Assembly: GCA_043779265.1 (NCBI GenBank) | Contig: JAYWEM010000147.1 | Coordinates: 1 to 17,953, forward strand | Length of the DNA: 17,953 bases | Direction of reading: 5' to 3' | Origin: a bacterium | GTDB lineage: Bacteria > Eisenbacteria > RBG-16-71-46 | Shown: in pieces, positions 5,360 through 15,239 of the stretch | Numbering within the stretch: the first letter of the stretch is position 1 | Layout of the letters: every line of letters starts with the position of its first letter | The notes under the pieces: model-generated | The model's input: only the letters and a program-made list of their open reading frames with translations | The model's database searches: none | What the model was told of the DNA's origin: nothing | Program-made: the position numbers and the translations under genes

Positions 5360-7668
5360 TCACCGCCCGCGCAGTGCCCGCACGGGTTCGTGACCCACGC
5401 CGAGCAGCATGAACGCGGCGCGGTCGCGGATCGGATAGCGCTCGCGCACCATCTGCGCGCGCATGCGGTGCAGCGCCTCGTCGCGCGGCAGGCCGGCGCG
5501 CAGCCCCGCATAGAACAGTTCCATGGCGCGCCTCGCCGCCGCGTCGCGAACCGGCCAGCGCGTGCTCAGCACGCTGCGCGTGCCGGCCAACAGGAACGCG
5601 CGCGGCAGTCCGAACACGCCCTCACCCCTCATCTCGACGCCCTCGGCCGAGGCGCAGCTCGAGAGCACGACGAGGTCGGCGGGCAGCGTCAGTTGGCCGA
5701 TGTCACGCGCGGTCAGCAGCCCGTCCGGGCCCGCCAACGCGAGGCCGGCGGCGTCCGGGTCACGCGGATCGATCCAGGTGTGCGTGGCCAGATGCAGCAC
5801 GGCATCGCGCGCACGTGCGGGCTCCACCAGCCGCGCGCGAGTCGCTTCGGCCCCCATCCACACGCGAGCACCCGGCGCGGCCACGGCCCGCGCCTCGGCC
5901 CGCGCTTGCGGCAATGGCTGGCGAGTGCGGTCGCGCACCGCGTCGCCGGCACGCTGGCCGATGGTGTCGAGCGTCGTGCGCGCGAGCGCCGGGTCCGCCC
6001 ACACGGACATGCCCGATGACGCGGCCGGTCGGCGCTGGAGCAGCAGGAGGACGCTGGCCGACGGCGTCTGGCTCAGGGGCCAGCGGTCGGCGAGGGCACG
6101 GCCATCCGGCAGCGGCAGTTCCTCCAGCGGCACATCGGTGAGCGAACGGTTGGTGACCAGGATCAGCCGGCGCGTGCTCGCCGGGATGCGGCCGAGCAGC
6201 GGATGCAGCCAGGCGCGCGCGAACGCGGTGAGTGCGGGCAGCACGCTGGCGGCGTCGCGTCCGGATTGCAGCGCGCTCCATACCTGCCGCGGCTGCGACA
6301 GCGGTTGCGCGCGCCCGAGGTTCACCGCGATCACGCTGTCGGGGGTGATCACGAACGCCAGCGCGGGATTGCGCTGGTTCTCGGTCCACTGCAGAAGCGT
6401 CGCACCGCTCTCACGCAACAGCTTCTGGAGCGACCTCAGTGATGCGAGTGAGTCGTCATCGGCGAGCTGTTCGCGCAGGGCCCAGGCGCGGCCGCGGTCG
6501 GCTGCGCGCCACGCTTCGACCGTGCGGCCCTGTGGGTGAGACAGCGCGCCCATGTGGCATACATCTCGCCGCCTCGGATCGACAGTCCGGCCTGGCTCTC
6601 GGCCGAGCCGATGCCCTCGCGCACACCCTCGAATCGCGGGATGGCGCGCGCCAGCGTGGTCTCGGCCTCAGTGATGCGCCCGAGGTTCGCGAGCGACAGC
6701 GCGAGCAGTGCGATGGAACGGGACTCCAGCAGGCGATTGCGTGCTCGGATCGCGTCCTCGCGCGCCGAGTCGGCCTGTGCGAGTGCGCGCGCATTGTCGC
6801 CCGTCTCCCAATAGTAGGAGCCCAAGGCCAGGCGGGTGCGCATCAAGTGCTGCCGGTCGCCACGGATGCGGTCCACATGCAGGGCCTCGCGGAACATGGC
6901 GAGGGCCTCGGCCGACCGATCATTGGCCATCAGCGCCCGCGCCCGCAGGCTGAGGGCGACGGCGAGTTGCAGACTCGTGCCGAAGCGGCGAGCGGCGGCC
7001 AGTCCGCTGTCGGCGTGCACCAGCGCCTCGCGTGTCCGCCCGGACGCGAGCAGCATCTGCCCCAGGCCGGTGTGGGCTTCGGCCAGCGGCACATCGCGCT
7101 TGGAGCGCTTGGCCGCCTCGAGCGCGCCACGCGCCGCGCGCTGGGCCTCGGACAATCGGCCGAGGGTGCCATAGGCGCTCGAGAGCGTGCCTCGCGCGAG
7201 CGACAGGTCGATCCAGTTCTTGCGGCGGATGCAGAGGGGTTCGACGCCGAGCAGCAACTCGATCGCCTGCTCGGGCGAGCGGTTGATCAGCTGTGAGGCG
7301 AGCAGGATGCGCGAGCGGATCTGCATGCCCTCGTCGCGTGCGCGGATGGCGAGGTGGAGCGAGCGCCGCAGATGGGCCTCGGCCTCGGCGTCGCGGGCGA
7401 GTCGGCCGCTCAATCCTCCCGCGCGATAGAGCATGAGCGACGCCAGGGAGTCCATCCCCGCTGCTTCCAGCGTATCGGTGAACGCCAAGAACTGCGGCAC
7501 CAGTCTGCTGGCATCGGTCTCGCCGCGACGAGCCTGCTCGCGCGATTCGACGAGCGCATCGGCGCGCGCCTGCAATCGCAGGCGTTCGGCCGGACCGGGC
7601 GCAGCGCGCGCCACGGTGGCTGCAAGCACCAACACGAGCCCGGCGGCCAGGACGCCGCGCGCGTTCAT
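5360..7668 (-). pseudogene. Signal-peptide + TPR + CHAT (caspase-like) protease, about 769 aa if intact, split by a 1-nt frameshift near 6533-6537 (pseudogene or sequencing error)
   Basis: 5' frame from ATG at 7668 (ATGA overlap with tatD): MNARGVLAAGLVLVLAATVARA then TPR-like helices ending GGEMYATWARCLT. The 3' frame continues QGRTVEAWRAADRGRAWALREQL and contains CHAT motifs PLPQARAEA, VLHLATH, LVVLSSCAS, GEGVFGLPRAFLLAG, STRWPVRD, FY, AAFMLLG. Confidence 0.85.
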
Positions 7669-8456
7669 GTGTGTGCCGCCGGCGCCGGGTCGGGGGCGAT
7701 CGGGAGCCGGAACAACTCGCGTGAGTTCCGCCTCGTGATCGCGACCGCCTGCGCTGGTGTCCAGTCGCGCAACTCGCACAGCCGGCGTGCGACTCGGGTC
7801 AGTAGCGAGGGCTCGTTGCGCTTGAGCGACCTCGGCTCGGGTTCGAGATAGGGCGAGTCGGTCTCCAACACCAGCATGTCCTCGGGTGCCTGCCTCACGG
7901 CCTCGTCCAGCGCATCGTGGCCGTAGGTGAGCACGCCACCCAGCCCGAGCTTGAAGCCGATGGCGCGCGCGCGCTCCATGGTCGCCGCATCCTGATCGAA
8001 GCAGTGCAGCACGCCGCCCGCCTGGGGCCGCATCTCCTCGAGGATCGCCATCACCTCGTCGAGCGCGCTGCGCTGATGGATCACAACCGGCAGGCCGACC
8101 TCATCGGCGAGCGTCAGTTGGGCGCGGAACCAACGCTCCTGGTCCTGTCGCGGCGAGTAGTCGCGGAAGAAGTCCATGCCGGTCTCGCCGATCGCCACGA
8201 CGCGGGCGTGCCGCGCGTGCGAACGCAGATCGCTCAGCGCCTCGATCGGCACCTTGCCGGCTTCGCTCGGATGCACGCCGACGGCGAGGAACAGATGGGC
8301 GTGCTCGGCTGCGAGCGCGAAGCCCTTCTCCCAGATGCCCGGCCCGTAGGCGATCTCGATCGCGTGCGTGATGCCGACGTGGCGCATGCGGTCGAACACC
8401 TGCGCACGATCCTTGTCGAAGCGCTTGTCGGCCAAGTGGCAGTGCGTGTCGATCAT
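7665..8456 (-). CDS. tatD: TatD family metal-dependent DNase/hydrolase
   Basis: MIDTHCHL, GVHP, IGETGMD, VIH, LHCF, LETDSPYL, RNEP motifs; canonical position downstream of metG. Confidence 0.96.
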   Translation of the reverse strand: MIDTHCHLADKRFDKDRAQVFDRMRHVGITHAIEIAYGPGIWEKGFALAAEHAHLFLAVGVHPSEAGKVPIEALSDLRSHARHARVVAIGETGMDFFRDYSPRQDQERWFRAQLTLADEVGLPVVIHQRSALDEVMAILEEMRPQAGGVLHCFDQDAATMERARAIGFKLGLGGVLTYGHDALDEAVRQAPEDMLVLETDSPYLEPEPRSLKRNEPSLLTRVARRLCELRDWTPAQAVAITRRNSRELFRLPIAPDPAPAAHT

Positions 8457-8471
8457 GGTCGGCGCGCGGGG

Positions 8472-10190
8472 CTACTCGGCTGCGGTCGTCAGGCTCTTCA
8501 GATCGATGCGCGGGAACAGGATCGCCGAGGCTCCGAGAGCGCGGCCGTCGCCGGGTCCGAACGAGGGCACCGCCTTGGTGCCGGGCGCTCCGGGCGATCC
8601 AGCGTGCCCGAGCAGCGTCCACAGCTCCTCGCACTTGGCGGGCATCGCGGGCCACGCCCAGATGGCCGTCAGCCGCAGCACCTCGAGCAGCGTGCCGAGC
8701 GATGTCGCCAGCTCCGCGCGCCGCGCCGGATCTTTGGCCAGCTCCCAGGGCTTGGAGCGATCGGTGAACTCGTTGGCGCGCTCGATCACGTTCCACGTCT
8801 GGTCCAGCGCCTCGTGGAGCCGCAGTTCCTCCCACGCCTTCGGCGCCTCGATCGCGGTGACGTCGGCGGTATCGAAGATCGCCTGCAGCGCGACCCGGGC
8901 GTCGCCGGTGAACGCATCGGGCGCCCACTCGGTCGGCGCGGTGCCCTCGAAGTGGCGGCCGGTGAGGTTGAGCGTGCGGTTGGCGAGATTGCCGAGCTTG
9001 TTGGCGAGGTGCGTGTTGCAATGCTCGACCATCTGCTCGAGCGTGAACTCGCCGTCTCGCCCGGTGGGGAAGCTGTCGAGCAGGTAGAACCTCACCGCAT
9101 CGGCGCCGAACGTGCGCGCCATCTCGACGGGGTCGACGAGGTTGCCGAGCGACTTGGAGAGCCGCTCGCCCTTGGCGTAGATGAATCCGTGCACATACAC
9201 CTGTCGCGGCAGCGGCACGCCGGCCGCGAGCAGCATGGCCGGCCACAGGATGCAGTGGAACCGGCTGATGTCCTTGCCGATCAGGTGGAACGCGTTCGTG
9301 TACAGCGGCTTGCCGGTGCCGGCCCACGCCGCGCCGGGCTTGCCGGAGCCGTCGAGGTCCTGGAACTCGTCCTCGCGCGCGGCGCCGGGGCCGCCCGCGT
9401 CCCCCTCCTTGGCGAGCCACCAGCTCGAGTACTTGCGCTCGGGCCAGCCGATCGCCGAGAGGTAGTTGAGCAGCGCATCCGCCCACACGTAGGCGACATG
9501 GCCCTCGTGGCCATCGAGATCCTCGGGAAGCGGCACGCCCCAGGTGAGGTTGGGCCGCGAGACGCTCACGTCCTGCAGCCCGCCCTTGATGACGTTCAGT
9601 ACCTCATTGCGACGGTAGTCGGGCTGGATGAACTCCGGGTGCGCCTCGATGTGCTTGAGCAGCGCTTCGTCGTACTCGGAGAGCCGGAAGAAGAAGTTCG
9701 ACTCGCGGATCTCCTTGGGCGCCACCCGATGCTCGGGGCAGTGACCGTTCTCATCGAGGTCCTTCTCGGTCTTGAACGCCTCGCAGCCCTCGCAGTACAG
9801 CCCCTCGTACTCCTTCTGGTAGAGCACGGGTTCGGCCGTCTTGGGGCTGAGGCCATCGCGGAGCCGGCGGAACAGCTCCTGCACGGCCATCTCGTGGCGG
9901 CGATCGGTGGTGCGGAAGAACTGGTCGTAGCCGACGTTGAGTTCGGCCCAGGCGGCCACGAACGTCTGCGATAACTCGTCGACGAAGGCCTTGGGTTCCT
10001 TGCCTGCGGCCGCGGCGGCCTTGGCGATCTTCTGGCCGTGCTCGTCGGTGCCCGTCAGGTAGTACGTCGTGTCGCCGCGCTGGCGGTGCCATCGGGCGAT
10101 GGCGTCGGCGAGAACCTTCTCGTAGGCGTGGCCGAGATGCGGCTGGCCGTTCACATAGTCGATCGCGGTCGTGATGTAGAAGCGTGGCAC
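8472..10190 (-). CDS. metG: Methionine--tRNA ligase (short MetRS1 type, no C-terminal tRNA-binding appendix)
   Basis: FYITTAIDYVNGQPHLGHAY (HIGH), TGTDEHGQK, YCEGCE...CPEH knuckle, YVWADAL, HLIGKDISRFH, RLSKS (KMSKS), NKLGNLANR. Start reassigned to GTG at 10190 with GGAG RBS at 10200-10197. Confidence 0.97.
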   Translation of the reverse strand: MPRFYITTAIDYVNGQPHLGHAYEKVLADAIARWHRQRGDTTYYLTGTDEHGQKIAKAAAAAGKEPKAFVDELSQTFVAAWAELNVGYDQFFRTTDRRHEMAVQELFRRLRDGLSPKTAEPVLYQKEYEGLYCEGCEAFKTEKDLDENGHCPEHRVAPKEIRESNFFFRLSEYDEALLKHIEAHPEFIQPDYRRNEVLNVIKGGLQDVSVSRPNLTWGVPLPEDLDGHEGHVAYVWADALLNYLSAIGWPERKYSSWWLAKEGDAGGPGAAREDEFQDLDGSGKPGAAWAGTGKPLYTNAFHLIGKDISRFHCILWPAMLLAAGVPLPRQVYVHGFIYAKGERLSKSLGNLVDPVEMARTFGADAVRFYLLDSFPTGRDGEFTLEQMVEHCNTHLANKLGNLANRTLNLTGRHFEGTAPTEWAPDAFTGDARVALQAIFDTADVTAIEAPKAWEELRLHEALDQTWNVIERANEFTDRSKPWELAKDPARRAELATSLGTLLEVLRLTAIWAWPAMPAKCEELWTLLGHAGSPGAPGTKAVPSFGPGDGRALGASAILFPRIDLKSLTTAAE

Positions 10191-10224
10191 GCAGGTCTCC
10201 GGGGCTGACGATTGGCGAACGGGC

Positions 10225-10230
10225 AGTATA
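10225..10230 (-). promoter_or_regulatory. Putative -10 element (TATACT) for metG-tatD-CHAT
   Basis: AGTATA on + strand = TATACT on minus, about 35 nt before the metG start; no good -35 seen. Confidence 0.45.
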
Positions 10231-10283
10231 GCCGAAGGCTGACAATTGCCGACCGCCCGTGTGATGGCGGCCGACCTGGCCCG

Positions 10284-10289
10284 TAGAAT
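10284..10289 (+). promoter_or_regulatory. Putative -10 element (TAGAAT) for a leaderless ECF sigma transcript
   Basis: TAGAAT followed 7 nt later by ATG at 10297; no Shine-Dalgarno present; -35 weak (GTGATG). Confidence 0.45.
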
Positions 10290-10296
10290 CTCCATG

Positions 10297-10842
10297 ATGG
10301 CCATCACGGATCTGATGTTCGGACGGCTCGGGGCCCTGGACCCGGCGAGAGCGGCGGACTGGGACGCCCTCTACTCGGCGCTGCTGCCGCGCGTCTACAA
10401 CTTCTTCCGGTACCGGGTGGGGCACGGACCGGAGGCCGAGGATCTGACGGCCCTGACCTTCCAGAAGGCATGGCAGGCGAGGGCGAAGTACCGACGCGAC
10501 AAGGCCGCCTTCTCGACCTGGCTGTTCACCATCGCCCGCCACGTGGCGGTCGACCACTACCGCAGTCGCCGCGTGCACCAGCCGCTGGATCGAGTGCTGG
10601 AGGTCGCGGGAGGAGCCGAGGCGGACGAGGCGTCCGTGCTCCGGTCCGACCTCGACAAGCTCGGGCGGCTGCTCGCCGATCTGCCGGAACGTGAGCGCGA
10701 GCTGATCGCACTCAAGTACGGCGCCGAACACGAGCATCGCGACATCGCCCGCATCATGGGGCTCCGTGAGAGCAACGTCGGCACGATCCTGCACCGCACC
10801 GTCGCGGCGCTGAGATCGCGCTGGCAGGAAGGAGAGCAGTGA
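10297..10842 (+). CDS. ECF RNA polymerase sigma-70 family factor
   Basis: Region 2 (LY..LLPRVYNFF..EAEDLT..TF.KAW, FSTWLFTIAR..AVDHYR) and region 4 (LPERERELIALKY..IARIMG..ESNVGTILHR). Start uncertain (10294 or 10297). Confidence 0.93.
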   Translation: MAITDLMFGRLGALDPARAADWDALYSALLPRVYNFFRYRVGHGPEAEDLTALTFQKAWQARAKYRRDKAAFSTWLFTIARHVAVDHYRSRRVHQPLDRVLEVAGGAEADEASVLRSDLDKLGRLLADLPERERELIALKYGAEHEHRDIARIMGLRESNVGTILHRTVAALRSRWQEGEQ

Positions 10843-11828
10843 CGATGGACGATCGATTCCTGCATGAGCATCGCCGCGAGCCGCGCCCCGGATTCGAGCG
10901 CGCGCTGCGTGAGAACCTGCGCGAGCAGGCGCAGGAGGCTTCGGAGCGCCGTGGCTTCCGACTGCACCCGGCATTGAGCGGCGCGCTCGCCGTCGCCTTC
11001 GTGGCCGTGTTGTTCAGTGTGCCGGCGGTACGCGCCACGGCGAGCCAGCTTTTGGATCGCTTCCGCGTGCAGAACCTGACGGCCGTGCCGTTCGATCCCG
11101 CGAGACTCGAGCGGCTCAAGGCGCTGGCGGATTCCAAGGGCGAGGGCCCAGGGCTGTTGGGCTTCGAGACCGAGGTGCTGCGCAAGCCGGGCGAGCCGCA
11201 GGTCCATCCGAGCCCGGAAGCGGCTGCTGCTGCATCCGGGCTCATCGTGCGCACGCCGTATGACCTGCCACGCGGTTTCTCGCTCGAGCGGGTCTCGGTG
11301 AGCGGGGATGCCGAGGTGCGGATGACGGCCAACACCCAGGAACTGGGCTCGATGCTCGAGCTGCTCGACCTGCGGGATGTCCGCGTTCCGAGCGAGTGGC
11401 ACGGCCGCAGCGTGACGCTGCGCGTGCCGCGCATGGTCACGATGCAGTACGTCAACGGCGAGCGTCGGGCCGAGTTCAAGCAGGCCGCCTCGCCCGAAGT
11501 GGACCTGCCGCCGGGCGCCGAGTTGGCGCAACTCGGCGAGATCGCGTTGCGGGTGCTGGGGCTCGATGCCGACGAGGCGAGGCGCACCGCCTCGCGCATC
11601 GACTGGAACAGCACGCTGCTCGTACCGGTGCCGATGGATGCGACGGCGTTCCGAGAGATCACGATCCACGGCCAGAAGGGCCTGCTGGTCGAGAGCACCA
11701 AGGCGCGGGGAAGCGGCGGCGCCAAGAGCGGCGGCCTGGTGCTGTGGACCGAGCACGGCCGGGTGTACGCGCTCGGCGGCAATATGAACGCGGGTGATCT
11801 GGTCGTGATGGCCGAGTCCGTGCGGTAG
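10839..11828 (+). CDS. Putative transmembrane anti-sigma factor with extracytoplasmic (DUF4367-like) domain
   Basis: GTGA overlap with the ECF gene; short charged N-terminus (EPRPGFERALR), one TM helix (LSGALAVAFVAVLFSVPAVRA), FRV motif, PYDLPRGF, C-terminal LVLWTEHGRVYALGG. Confidence 0.75.
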   Translation: MTMDDRFLHEHRREPRPGFERALRENLREQAQEASERRGFRLHPALSGALAVAFVAVLFSVPAVRATASQLLDRFRVQNLTAVPFDPARLERLKALADSKGEGPGLLGFETEVLRKPGEPQVHPSPEAAAAASGLIVRTPYDLPRGFSLERVSVSGDAEVRMTANTQELGSMLELLDLRDVRVPSEWHGRSVTLRVPRMVTMQYVNGERRAEFKQAASPEVDLPPGAELAQLGEIALRVLGLDADEARRTASRIDWNSTLLVPVPMDATAFREITIHGQKGLLVESTKARGSGGAKSGGLVLWTEHGRVYALGGNMNAGDLVVMAESVR

Positions 11829-11838
11829 TTTCGTCCGC

Positions 11839-12756
<918 letters not shown>

Positions 12757-12758
12757 CC

Positions 12759-13592
12759 ATGCGCGACATCCTGGTGATGGCCCACCTGACGCTGTTCGAG
12801 GCGCTGCGCCGCCGCATCCTGGTCGCGGCGCTGATCTGCGGCCTCGCGTTCCTGGTGCTGTTCGGCATCGGCATGCACTTCATCGCGGCTCAGGCGGGCT
12901 CGCAGACCGGCTCCGAGGTCGAGCGCCGCTTGGTGCTCAACCTCATCACGCTGGCCGGACTCTATGCCGTCAACTTCCTCACCGTGATGTCGGCCGTGCT
13001 GCTGCCCGTGGATACGCTCGCGGGCGAGATCGCCTCGGGCGTCACGCAGACGGTGGCCAGCAAGCCGATCCGCCGCTCGAGCATCGTGCTCGGCAAGTGG
13101 CTCGCCTATGTGGTCGTCGTGAACGGCTATCTGTTCCTGCTCGCGGGCGGCGTCGTGCTGATCTCGCGGCTGGTGTCGGGTTTCATGCTGCCCCGATTCG
13201 AACTCGGCCTGCCGCTCATGATGCTGGAGGCCGTGGTGCTCGTGTCGCTGTCGATCGCTGGCGGAACGCGATTGAGCACCGTCACCAATGGCGTCGTCGC
13301 GTTCGGGCTCTACGGCCTCGCGTTCATCGGCGGATGGGTCGAGCAGATCGGCGCGCTCGCCCACAACGACGCGGCGCGCCGCGTCGGCGTCGTGGCCAGC
13401 CTGATCATGCCCTCCGAGAGCATGTGGCAGCTCGCCGCTTCTCAGATGCAGCCGGCCCTGATGCGCGAGATGCACGCGACCCCGTTCTCGCCCGCCTCCG
13501 TGCCGAGCCCGATGATGGTGTGGTGGGCTGCGGGCTATGCGGCGGTGCTCGTGCTGATCGCGTTGCGGAGTTTCGGCAAGCGCGGGTTGTAA
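12759..13592 (+). CDS. ABC-2 type transporter permease
   Basis: About six hydrophobic helices; GEIASGVTQTVASKPIRRSSIVLGKW loop typical of ABC2_membrane permeases; 2 nt downstream of the ATPase. Confidence 0.93.
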   Translation: MRDILVMAHLTLFEALRRRILVAALICGLAFLVLFGIGMHFIAAQAGSQTGSEVERRLVLNLITLAGLYAVNFLTVMSAVLLPVDTLAGEIASGVTQTVASKPIRRSSIVLGKWLAYVVVVNGYLFLLAGGVVLISRLVSGFMLPRFELGLPLMMLEAVVLVSLSIAGGTRLSTVTNGVVAFGLYGLAFIGGWVEQIGALAHNDAARRVGVVASLIMPSESMWQLAASQMQPALMREMHATPFSPASVPSPMMVWWAAGYAAVLVLIALRSFGKRGL

Positions 13593-13599
13593 AGCGGCC

Positions 13600-14385
13600 T
13601 CAGCGGCCCTCGCGCTTCAGTGGCCCATCGGCTCGGGCGAACGAGCGGACCGCGGCGTAGGGCACGACGAAGTCCGTGGGCCCCATCGCATACGGCGCGA
13701 TCTCGTAGGCGTCGAAGCGAAAGCGCAACCCGGCGCTCGTAAGAGCGAAGTTGTCGTTGACGAGGAAGCGGCCGGATGCGAACCAGAACCCGAGGCCGTC
13801 GAGTGAGACGTCGTGCGTCAATTCGCGCGCGGTGCGGAAGTAGGGCTCACAGACGGCGGACAGCGAGTCGCGCGAATCCGCGCGGAACAGGTCGGCGTAG
13901 GTCAGCCTCCGCCCATCGTTGCGGTCACGCACCTGGCGCCTGGACTGCGTGTTCGGGTGTGCCCCGCCCAGATAGCTCGATTCGACGAACGACAGACTCA
14001 GCGTGCCGAGAGTGTCGCCGAGCACTTCGACGCGGCGGTTCAAGTGCCAGGGCTGACGCAGGCCGGTTCTCTCCTGCACGAGCACGAGCTCATCGAAGAA
14101 GGCCCGCGTGAGCGAATCCTCGTGCGAGAACGCCGAGCCACCGCCCCAGCCGGCGAGGACGAACGCCCGCGTCGCCTCGCTGAGCGAGTCCGCAACCCCC
14201 GGGGCTCCGCCCTCGAAGCGCGGCCAATCGAGCACGACGCGCGAGGTGTCGGAGCCGATGATGCAATCGCTCGAGACCTGAGTCGAGGCGTAGTGGACGA
14301 CGGGCGCGGCCTCTCGCTTCGTGGGCGCACACGATGCGCTCAACGAGAGCAGCGCCAGCAGGCAGAGTGGGCGAGCGCGCTTCAC
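13600..14385 (-). CDS. DUF3298/DUF4163 (RsiV/PdaC-like) lipoprotein
   Basis: GTG at 14385 overlapping the ricT stop (GTGA); MKRARPLCLLALLSLSASC lipoprotein-like signal; YLGGAHPN, LTYADLF, NFALT..GL.F.F..YEIAPYAMG motifs. Confidence 0.85.
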   Translation of the reverse strand: MKRARPLCLLALLSLSASCAPTKREAAPVVHYASTQVSSDCIIGSDTSRVVLDWPRFEGGAPGVADSLSEATRAFVLAGWGGGSAFSHEDSLTRAFFDELVLVQERTGLRQPWHLNRRVEVLGDTLGTLSLSFVESSYLGGAHPNTQSRRQVRDRNDGRRLTYADLFRADSRDSLSAVCEPYFRTARELTHDVSLDGLGFWFASGRFLVNDNFALTSAGLRFRFDAYEIAPYAMGPTDFVVPYAAVRSFARADGPLKREGR

Positions 14386-15239
14386 GAGGGCTCCTTCGGC
14401 TTCTTCTTGCCGCAGTTGCAGTCGCCGCACTCGTGGTAGGGGCCGGGGGGCAGGTCGTCCATCACGATGCGGTGTTCGCCGCCTTCGTCGTCGCGAACCC
14501 ACACGGCCTCCAGGTGGAGGTCGGTGCGCGTCACGGTCATCAGGCCCTGGCCGGTCTTCAGCTGAGCGCCGACGGGCGGCAGCTTGGTGGCGGCGTCGCG
14601 ATAGCGCGTCAGCTCGTAGGCGAGGCAGCACATGAGTCGGCCGCAGGCGCCCGAGATCTTGGCCGGGTTCAGCGAGAGGTGCTGCTCGCGGGCCATCTTG
14701 AGCGTGACGGGATGGAACCCCTTGAGCCAGGTCGAGCAGCAGAAGGCGCGGCCGCACGGGCCACAGCCGTCGAGTCGCTTGGCGCGGTCACGCACGCCGA
14801 TCTGCCGCAACTCGATGCGGGTGCGGAACCGTCCGGCGAGGTCCTTGACCAGTTCCCGGAAGTCCACCCGCTGCTCCGCCGAGAAGAAGAAGGTAATGCG
14901 GTTGCGGCGAAAGGCGACCTCGACCTCGGAGAGATCCATCTTGAGTTCTCGCGCCGCGATGCGTTGGCGGCAGAAGGTGAGCGCGTCCTTCTCCATCTCA
15001 CGGTTGTGGTCGTCCTGGTCGAGGTCCTCCTCCTCGGCCTTGCGGATGATCTCGCTCGTCACATTGCCCGGCTTCTTGAGCGAGACCAGCGTGGGGTCCT
15101 TGAGGAAGACACGACCGAACGTCTCGCCGTGTTCGCCCTGCACGATGACGTCGTCGCGGAGCGCGAGCCAGAGGTTGCGCGAGTTGAGGAAGAACTCGCG
15201 CCGCGCGCCGCGCAGGGTGACCTGCACGATGTCGGACAT
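14382..15239 (-). CDS. ricT: PSP1 domain protein, RicT/YaaT-like Fe-S regulatory subunit
   Basis: RVDFRELVKDLA..FRTRIELRQIGVRD, GCGPCGRAFCC, MAREQHLSLNPAKISGACGRLMCCLAYE; AGAGG RBS. Confidence 0.93.
   Translation of the reverse strand: MSDIVQVTLRGARREFFLNSRNLWLALRDDVIVQGEHGETFGRVFLKDPTLVSLKKPGNVTSEIIRKAEEEDLDQDDHNREMEKDALTFCRQRIAARELKMDLSEVEVAFRRNRITFFFSAEQRVDFRELVKDLAGRFRTRIELRQIGVRDRAKRLDGCGPCGRAFCCSTWLKGFHPVTLKMAREQHLSLNPAKISGACGRLMCCLAYELTRYRDAATKLPPVGAQLKTGQGLMTVTRTDLHLEAVWVRDDEGGEHRIVMDDLPPGPYHECGDCNCGKKKPKEPS

Noticed and set aside
6520..6560. Programmed ribosomal frameshift in the CHAT gene
   Set aside because: No X-XXY-YYZ slippery heptamer at the junction; a simple indel is more parsimonious.
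5360..8456. TatD + CHAT as an anti-phage system (Qat- or Craspase-like)
   Set aside because: TatD is the housekeeping metG-linked type; no Cas, NTPase or gasdermin-like partners; the protease seems exported.
7917..9974. 685-aa plus-strand ORF
   Set aside because: Antisense shadow of metG/tatD; no motifs; long stop-free antisense frames are expected at this GC content.
10191..10296. T-box or SAM riboswitch ahead of metG
   Set aside because: Intergenic space is only about 100 nt with a predicted leader under 30 nt; no T-box or terminator motif.
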